The notes below the pieces were generated by a model. That model was not told where the DNA came from and did no database searches. It saw only the letters and a program-made list of their open reading frames with translations. Source: an uncultured Conexibacter sp. (lineage in GTDB: Bacteria > Actinomycetota > Thermoleophilia > Solirubrobacterales > Solirubrobacteraceae). Taken from it: a stretch of 54,733 nucleotides of DNA. The position numbers and the translations under genes were made by a program. Of this stretch, positions 48,854-54,733 are shown in pieces. How positions within the stretch are numbered: the stretch's first letter is position 1; each line of letters opens with the position of its first letter. The stretch is from the NCBI GenBank assembly GCA_964600395.1, contig CAZRLR010000002.1, forward strand, positions 1 to 54,733, in the 5' to 3' direction.

Positions 48854-49791
48854 GCCTCCGGCCGCCCGTAGAACACCGTGAGCTCGGTGCCCTTCCGGAC
48901 CTCCTCGACCGCCTCGTCGAAGGCGTGCTTGAAGACCAGGTCGGTGCGGTGCGGGACGAATCGCCACGTGACGGCGCCGCCCTGGACGCGGTAGCGCAGC
49001 CGCACCGGCACCTGGTAGAGCGGCCCGCCGTGGAACACCGGGATCGCCAGGGCGAACCCTCCTGGGACCCGCACCGGCGCGCCGTCGGCGCCGCCGTGCG
49101 TTTCCTCGAAGGCGATCGACGCCTCGCCCGACGAGAGCGAGACGGCCTGCTTCACGGTCTGGCCGACCTTCACGGTGAGGCCGCGCGCAAGCGTCATCAG
49201 CGTCTGCGCCCCCACGAGCTCGATGCCGAGGTCGATCGCGAACCGCTCGACGCGCTCGCCGACGGATCCCGGCTCGAGGACGTCGCCGATGCGGTCCTCG
49301 AGGAACTCGGCGAAGGCCGCCTGGTTCATCGGCTGGTCGCCGCCGACGACCCACGCCTTCCACTCGCCCGAGACGGGGAAGGCGTACGCCGCGCGGTGCT
49401 GGCCGAAGCGCGGCTGGCCAACGGCGCCGGCCTCGTTGTAGTCGAAGACCGCGAGGAAGGACGGCGCCGTCCGGTCGTCGTTCGCGAAGACGACCGTGTT
49501 GCCGTCACGGTGGCGGTTCACGTGCTCGACGAACGAGGTGACGGTCGTCAGGATCGCGGTGCCCTTCTTCCTCTCGGGGCGATCGCGGTACTCGTCGATG
49601 AGCGGCTTGAGACTGCGCAGCTCGCGGCCCTTGGGGATCACGACGGCGCTCAGGCTGTCCTTACCCTGAAGTCCGATCGTCTCCATGCCAAGCAGCTCGG
49701 CCGCACGATCGAGAATCGCTCCGGCCTCGCTCTCGCGGACGGCAGCGCCGGTCGTCACCTGGACGGGAATGCTGGGGGTCGGGGGTGCCAT
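48850..49791 (-). CDS. DUF2303 (YfdQ-like) phage protein
   Basis: PERKKGTA, SFVEHVNRH, AVFDY, HRA.Y...SGEWKAW, MNQAAFAEFLEDRIGD, IPVF.GG...RLRYR. Confidence 0.85.
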   Translation of the reverse strand: MAPPTPSIPVQVTTGAAVRESEAGAILDRAAELLGMETIGLQGKDSLSAVVIPKGRELRSLKPLIDEYRDRPERKKGTAILTTVTSFVEHVNRHRDGNTVVFANDDRTAPSFLAVFDYNEAGAVGQPRFGQHRAAYAFPVSGEWKAWVVGGDQPMNQAAFAEFLEDRIGDVLEPGSVGERVERFAIDLGIELVGAQTLMTLARGLTVKVGQTVKQAVSLSSGEASIAFEETHGGADGAPVRVPGGFALAIPVFHGGPLYQVPVRLRYRVQGGAVTWRFVPHRTDLVFKHAFDEAVEEVRKGTELTVFYGRPEA

Positions 49792-49794
49792 TGA

Positions 49795-50208
49795 TCACGC
49801 CTCCTTCGTCGTGGCGCGACCGGCCTCGACGTCTCGTGGTGCGACGCGAACGTCCTTCACGTCGCGAAGCGGCAGCGACTGCTGCCTGGGATTGATCTCG
49901 GTCAAGTTGCCGCCCTTCGTCAGCCAGAAGATCGACCGCGGACGCGTGGGCTGCGGCTCCTTCCGCGTGATGTCGTAGTCGACCGACACCACGCCCTGCT
50001 CGTCAGCGACGAGCGAGAGCTTGAGGGTGAGCGCGCCCTTCACGCTCCGGTGTCGCGCGACGGCCTGCTCGCGCAGGGCCTCGCCAAGCCGGTGCAGGTC
50101 GTCCGAGAGCTGGGTGTGGGCCTCGCCTTCGCCGAGCATCGCGATGAAGCGCGAGAACGGCCGCGGGCCTTCTTCGAGTCCTGGCGCTGCCGGTTCGGTT
50201 TCGGTCAT
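49795..50208 (-). CDS. Conserved partner gene upstream of DUF2303
   Basis: AGGAGG RBS; KGALTLKL...K.P...R.RSIFWLT..GNL...NPRQ..L.LR.V. Confidence 0.78.
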   Translation of the reverse strand: MTETEPAAPGLEEGPRPFSRFIAMLGEGEAHTQLSDDLHRLGEALREQAVARHRSVKGALTLKLSLVADEQGVVSVDYDITRKEPQPTRPRSIFWLTKGGNLTEINPRQQSLPLRDVKDVRVAPRDVEAGRATTKEA

Positions 50209-50256
50209 GGTGTTCCTCCTGGTCGCGTTGGTTTCGATTGTCTCAGGTGGCGTGTC

Positions 50257-50662
50257 TCACGCGGCGGCCACGGCCTCTTCGGTTGGCACCCCATCCACCT
50301 CGACCACCCGCACGTCCTCGACCCGCACGCGCTCGGTAACGTCGCGCGCGGCCGAGTGCTCGAGGTAGACCCACACCCAGCCGTCCGACGCGCACCGGCG
50401 CTCGAAGCGCTTCCGGCTCCGCAGCACCGCCGGGTCGCGGCAGACGCCGCCGGCGCCGTGCACCAGCGCGTCGAGCTCGGCGCGGTCGAAGACGAGGCGG
50501 CCGGCCAGGCGTCGGTAGGGGATCTTGCCTTCCTCGACGAGCCGATAGACCGCGCGCACGCTGAGCCGCCCGAGCCGCCCGCTTGCGGAGCGCCTCGCGG
50601 ACCCGCGCTTCGATCGCGCGGATCGCGGCGCGGCGGCGCGCGGCTGGGTCTGGCGGGGGCAT
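50257..50662 (-). pseudogene. Frameshifted or truncated excisionase-like (MerR/HTH_17) gene
   Basis: LSVRAVYRLVEEGKIPYRRLAGRLVFDRAELDAL lacks a nearby in-frame start; the ATG at 50662 reads in another frame until about 50580. Confidence 0.55.
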
Positions 50663-50871
50663 GGGTCTAGGTGTACCAGAGGGGGCGGAGCGGAATCGCT
50701 CCGGGGGTCGCGCCACGCTATCCCGCATGGAGATCCAGCCCCGGGCCCGAGGCCCACCACGTAGGCAGCGCCGACGGCCGGCCAGCCGGCGGCGTGAGGA
50801 CCTGGCCGCGCGGGACGTACGCCCGCGGGGCCGACCTGGGACCCAGCCCGTAGTAGGATGCGGAGGTGGAC

Positions 50872-51078
50872 GTGAGCGATCCGACCGAGCAGGCCATCGA
50901 CCTCGACGCCGTCGAGCGGCGCTGCGAGTCGGTGGGGGTCGCGATCGAGCGCGAGCTGGCGTGGGAGGCGCCGAGCCCCGGGTGTGGGCACGACCCGGAG
51001 GAGCTGGCGCAGCTCGTGGGCTACGCGCGGGGGATGATCGCCGAGGTGCGCCGCCTGCGCGCGGAGCGCGGGACATGA
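50872..51078 (+). CDS. Hypothetical phage protein (IDLDAVERR...IAEVRRLR)
   Basis: GGAGG RBS. Confidence 0.65.
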   Translation: MSDPTEQAIDLDAVERRCESVGVAIERELAWEAPSPGCGHDPEELAQLVGYARGMIAEVRRLRAERGT

Positions 51079-51347
51079 ACCGCTCCGACGCAGCCGCTGC
51101 CCTTGACCGCGTGCTCGCGACCGCCGCCGAGGGTATGTCCCAGGGAGGCCCGCGACTCGCAGTCTTCCCGTCGATCGAGTACGAGTCGCTCCTGGAGTAC
51201 CTCGGTCGCGAGGCGGAGCACTGCGGCGTGCGCGTCCGGGTGGCGCGAGTCGTTCCGCCGAGCAAATATCGCTGCACGTGCGACGGGACCGAGCACGAGG
51301 CCACGACGATTCCGGAGGTGCACGTGGAGCGGATCTTCGATGGGTGA
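51075..51347 (+). CDS. Hypothetical protein
   Basis: ATGA coupling. Confidence 0.6.
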   Translation: MNRSDAAAALDRVLATAAEGMSQGGPRLAVFPSIEYESLLEYLGREAEHCGVRVRVARVVPPSKYRCTCDGTEHEATTIPEVHVERIFDG

Positions 51348-51555
51348 CCCCAAGCCCCCGCTGATCCTCGGCGGCTTAACGCACGCCCCCACGGGCGCCG
51401 TCGCGGTCTTCGACGCCGCCGAGCTCGTGCGCGCGGCCGGGCCCGTCCGGACGCTCGTCGAGTGGGCGCGCGAGTACCGCGGACCGCCCGTGATGCCGGC
51501 GCACGTGCACGAGGCGGTGCTCAAGGTCGCGCGCGCGATTGGGGCGCGGACGTGA
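51340..51555 (+). CDS. Hypothetical protein
   Basis: Overlapping ORF chain. Confidence 0.55.
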   Translation: MGDPKPPLILGGLTHAPTGAVAVFDAAELVRAAGPVRTLVEWAREYRGPPVMPAHVHEAVLKVARAIGART

Positions 51556-51860
51556 AGGCAATCAAGCGCGTCACCGTCCCCGCGCACGAGGAAGAGCGCA
51601 CCGAGTACCTCGCGTGCGACCTGTGCGGGATCAGGACGACCGACGGGCGCTGCTGGCCCGAGGCGGCGCGTGCCGGAGAGGTAGGGCCGTACATCGTCCG
51701 CGATGTGACCGTTTCGCTGCGTGAGGGGACGAGCTACCCCGAGGGCGGCAACACGGAGACGACCATCGTCGATCTCTGCCCGCGCTGCTTTCGCGACCGG
51801 CTGCTCCCGTGGCTCGAATCGCAGGGCGCGAAGCCGCGCGGCGAGGAGACGGACTGGTGA
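51552..51860 (+). CDS. CxxC-CxxC hypothetical protein
   Basis: CDLC...DLCPRCF..L.PWLES.GA. Confidence 0.7.
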   Translation: MKAIKRVTVPAHEEERTEYLACDLCGIRTTDGRCWPEAARAGEVGPYIVRDVTVSLREGTSYPEGGNTETTIVDLCPRCFRDRLLPWLESQGAKPRGEETDW

Positions 51861-52050
51861 CCTCCCGCAAGCCCATCCGCGGCCCTTCCGACGTGCCGCG
51901 CACGGCGAGCGGCCGTGCTACGATCGGCGCCGAACCGAGCCGGCCGTCCTGGGGCTTCCCGCGCGCCGCGGACTTGCAGCCGCGAGCGCACCTCATCGGC
52001 GGGAACACGCGGGCCCCGGGGCGGCCGGCCGAGCCAGGGGGGATATCCCG

Positions 52051-52392
52051 ATGCCAGTCGACCGCGAGCTCGCGCAGCACGTCGTCGCCACGCTCGAACG
52101 GCTCAGGGTGCTGGACCCGGCCGCGATGGAAGCGCTGGTCCGGGCTCGCGTGCCGTGCGGGCCAGCGTTCGGCGACGCGCCGGACGTCCAGGTCGGCGTG
52201 TGCGATGGCACCGACGGCCACCTCGAGGTCGGTGTGCTCGGCGTCCTCAACGCCATCTGCGGATCCTACGACGACGGGCCGCGCGAGCGGTGGGGCGCCG
52301 TCGCCGCGAAGTTCTCCGAGTCGACCCCGCCGTTCGGCCACCTCGAGCGGTTCGAGCTGATCGAGAACCGGCTCACGACCGACGACCCGTGA
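52051..52392 (+). CDS. Conserved hypothetical phage protein
   Basis: DPAAMEALV.ARVPC...VQV...VGVLGVLNAICG. Confidence 0.7.
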   Translation: MPVDRELAQHVVATLERLRVLDPAAMEALVRARVPCGPAFGDAPDVQVGVCDGTDGHLEVGVLGVLNAICGSYDDGPRERWGAVAAKFSESTPPFGHLERFELIENRLTTDDP

Positions 52393-52627
52393 CGGCGCTT
52401 CGAGCTCACGCCGGTGGTGTTCAACCCCCGCGACGTCGAGGCGATCGCCGAGGCCGATCGGGTGCACGCCGCGGCGTGCGAGCAGCTCTTCACGATGCTC
52501 GGCGTGCCGCCCGCCCTGCTCGCCGATCCCTCCCTCCCACGCTGACCTAGCGCCCCGCTCGGGCGCCCTGGTACGATCCGCGCCGGCCGGCGTGGGTGTC
52601 GATCGTCAACTCGGAGGGAGGTCCAGG

Positions 52628-52999
52628 ATGAAGCGCGTGTCGTTGGTGGTCGCTCTGGGGATGGTGCTGTACGGGTGCGGCGGGTCGGGGTCGGACGACG
52701 GCGGAGGCGACCCGCTCTCCGACCTCGTGACGTACCGCGTGAGCGGCACCGTCGAGCGGGTGGACGTCACCTACGCGACCGCCGACGGGACCGAGCAGCG
52801 CGCCGACGAGGACGTGCCCTGGTCCACGTTCACGAGCGGCGAGTCCGGGCAGTTCGTCTACGTGAGCGCGCAGAACCAGGACGACACGAACGCGACGGTG
52901 CGCGTGGAGATCGAGTGGCGAGACCGCATCGTGGCGAGCGCGTCGAGCACGGGGCCGTTCACGATCGCGACGGCGGACGGGACGCTGGGGAGGGATTGA
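52628..52999 (+). CDS. Lipoprotein with MmpS-like beta domain
   Basis: LVVALGMVLYG-C lipobox; VTYRVSG...VTY...G.EQ...VPWS. Confidence 0.7.
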   Translation: MKRVSLVVALGMVLYGCGGSGSDDGGGDPLSDLVTYRVSGTVERVDVTYATADGTEQRADEDVPWSTFTSGESGQFVYVSAQNQDDTNATVRVEIEWRDRIVASASSTGPFTIATADGTLGRD

Positions 53000-53001
53000 G
53001 G

Positions 53002-53409
53002 ATGAGGCGACTAACAGCACTTGCGCTCGCGCCGATGCTCGGCTGCGGCGTGCTCTTCAACGGGACCAGCGCCGAGGTGATGGTCCAGACGGTGCCGGCA
53101 AACGGCACGATCACGGTCGACACAGAGCCGGGGTCGAGCTACCGCGCGCCGGTGTCGATCGAGCTGGACCGCTCGGACAACCACCTACTCACAGCGACCA
53201 AGCCGGGGCACGTGACGGCTACCGCGAGCGTCGTCTCCAAGGTGGACGGAATCGTGATCGCAGCCGACTGCCTGCTCGGGTGGTGCATCCCGCTCATCAT
53301 CGACTGGCCGACCGGGGCCGTGTACCGGCTGCGCCCCGAGAGCGTGACGATCGTTCTGGACCCGGAGCCGACGGCCGCGGATGCTCCGGCAGCGATTCCG
53401 CCACCCTAG
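53002..53409 (+). CDS. Lipoprotein with PEGA-like domain
   Basis: LALAPMLG-C; V.VQTVPA.GTITVD...AP...L.R...L.ATKPGH; IIDWPTGAVYRL.P. Confidence 0.72.
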   Translation: MRRLTALALAPMLGCGVLFNGTSAEVMVQTVPANGTITVDTEPGSSYRAPVSIELDRSDNHLLTATKPGHVTATASVVSKVDGIVIAADCLLGWCIPLIIDWPTGAVYRLRPESVTIVLDPEPTAADAPAAIPPP

Positions 53410-53645
53410 ATCGTGAAGGACTTCGCGCTTTGATGGACGAGCGTTCACTGGTATTGTCCCGCCTGCGTCGGTGCCCGGCTCCACCAGCGCGGCGAAACCG
53501 GGGACGCACGGGGAACGCGGTGCACGGAACGACGAAGCCACGTAGCAATCGGGGGACCGAGAAGCACGAGTCGCCGTACGACCCACTTCCACGTTTCAAC
53601 CAGGAGGGCCGCCTTGTGACCGGGACGGGGTCGCGGGCGGCGGGG

Positions 53646-53936
53646 ATGGGACGCACGGCCGCGCGGATTCGATCCGCACGGCTGGCAGCGAAGATGAGCC
53701 AGGAAGCGCTTGCGCGGGCGTTGGGCGTGTCAGTGAACAACATCCAGGTAATCGAGCGCGGCGAGAGGCTCCCGAGCCTTGCGACCGCGATCCGCCTGGA
53801 GCGCGTTCTCGGCCGCCCCATGGGCGAGGTGATCGACTTCGAGGAAGTCGTGGCCACTACGACCAGCACGAACGCGAAGCGCGGCATTCGCCAGCTCGAC
53901 GAGCCCCAGCCCCGCATCCGGCGAAAGCAGCCCTAA
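53646..53936 (+). CDS. XRE HTH regulator
   Basis: IRSARLAAKMSQEALARALGVSVNNIQVIERGERLPSL. Confidence 0.85.
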   Translation: MGRTAARIRSARLAAKMSQEALARALGVSVNNIQVIERGERLPSLATAIRLERVLGRPMGEVIDFEEVVATTTSTNAKRGIRQLDEPQPRIRRKQP

Positions 53937-54002
53937 CCCGATGTCGGCGCCGTGCAACGCGGCGCCTCAGCTTGGTCGCGAGAGGAAGTCGGCGCGGCCC
54001 CC

Positions 54003-54041
54003 TTGACTCCCCCAAGTGCACTATGGCAGACTGCCTGCCAT
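54003..54041 (+). promoter_or_regulatory. Early rightward promoter and operator, probably leaderless
   Basis: TTGACT-N18-CAGACT with an extended -10 TG; inverted repeat ATGGCAG-N5-CTGCCAT (54023..54041); ATG 7 nt after the -10. Confidence 0.65.
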
Positions 54042-54300
54042 GGGACACGAACGAATCGCGCCGGCCGCCGAGCTCATCCGCGCCGCCCGAGACGCTAGCG
54101 GGCTGAGCCAGGAGCGGGTCGCCGCCAAGGCCGGCATCAGCACGGCCGCCTACGACGCGATCGAAAAGGGTCGCGCCACACCGAAGATCGGCACTCTGCG
54201 CCGGGTCTGCGAGGCGCTCGGCCTCCCGTTCGAGGTCCGGCTCGCTGGCGAGCGCGTCCAGACCGAGACGCGCGCATCGGCGGATCGGAGCGCCGCATGA
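54040..54300 (+). CDS. Cro-like XRE HTH regulator
   Basis: LIRAARDASGLSQERVAAKAGISTAAYDAIEKGRATPKIGTL. Confidence 0.88.
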   Translation: MGHERIAPAAELIRAARDASGLSQERVAAKAGISTAAYDAIEKGRATPKIGTLRRVCEALGLPFEVRLAGERVQTETRASADRSAA

Positions 54301-54533
54301 CGTCCCCCACCCTCTGCCCCGCCTGGCGCGCGGCCGAGCTGCGCAGGCACGCCGCGGACGACCGCGATTTCGCCGCGTACATCCGCCGGGCCGCGGCGTA
54401 CCACGACGCCCGGTGCGAGGCGGAGCGCGCGGCCGAGGCGCGGAGGGTGGCCACGACGATCGAAGCGAACGCCGCGGCGCTGGATCGGCGTGCGGGGGAC
54501 GTGGAAGCCGGGGGCGCCGCGCAAGCGGCGTAG
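54297..54533 (+). CDS. Hypothetical protein
   Basis: ATGA coupling; its C-terminus is duplicated in 376..711. Confidence 0.65.
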   Translation: MTSPTLCPAWRAAELRRHAADDRDFAAYIRRAAAYHDARCEAERAAEARRVATTIEANAAALDRRAGDVEAGGAAQAA

Positions 54534-54733
54534 GAGGGGAGGACCGTGAACCGAGAGACGCTGGACAGGATCATCAGGCTGCACCGCGTGTGGCTGACGG
54601 GCGCTGAAGGTGGGGCGCGCGCGTACCTCGCGGGCGCGTACCTCGCGGACGCGGACCTCACGGACGCGAACCTCGCGCGCGCGGACCTCGCGGGCGCGGA
54701 CCTCGCGGGCGCGAACCTCGCGGGCGCGAACCT
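54470..54733 (+). repeat. Left part of duplication unit A
   Basis: Matches 648 onward with a few substitutions. Confidence 0.88.
54546..54733 (+). CDS. Pentapeptide-repeat protein copy A, N-terminal part (continues at base 1)
   Basis: Same RBS and start context as 724; NRETLDRIIRLHRVWL followed by repeats. Confidence 0.88.
   Translation, partial: MNRETLDRIIRLHRVWLTGAEGGARAYLAGAYLADADLTDANLARADLAGADLAGANLAGAN

Noticed and set aside
54470-54733. End similarity as a simple assembly terminal overlap
   Set aside because: It matches 648 onward rather than base 1, carries substitutions, and joins base 1 in frame, so it behaves as a separate copy. Read confirmation is still needed.

Overview
The window looks like one complete, circularly closed genome (54,733 bp, roughly 70% GC by eye) of a long-tailed, siphovirus-like dsDNA phage. 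The last two bases (CT) plus base 1 (C) form an in-frame Leu codon inside a pentapeptide-repeat gene. Modules in order: (1) early genes, including a tandem duplication and several XRE regulators; (2) recombination: a putative ssDNA-annealing protein, an HNH nuclease and a single-chain SbcD-SbcC (Mre11-Rad50) fusion; (3) replication: an initiator with an internal iteron array, DnaB and RusA; (4) packaging and head: TerS, TerL, a portal-MuF fusion, HK97 protease and capsid; (5) neck and tail, with a -1 frameshifted tail chaperone and a 1316-aa tape measure protein; (6) a non-canonical lysis-position region: lone receiver domain, holin-like gene and lipoprotein glycoside hydrolase; (7) a DHH phosphoesterase / tRNA-Pro / RNA ligase cluster; (8) a minus-strand operon with IbrA/IbrB and DUF2303; (9) lipoprotein morons. 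I could not recognise an integrase, ParA or canonical endolysin. The most unusual signal is five genes inside the head/neck operon whose products carry Sec-type signal peptides, several with paired cysteines. One of them shares an exact 9-aa peptide with the tail-tip protein. This may be an 'exported virion accessory protein' system. All product calls come from reading motifs by eye; no searches were run.
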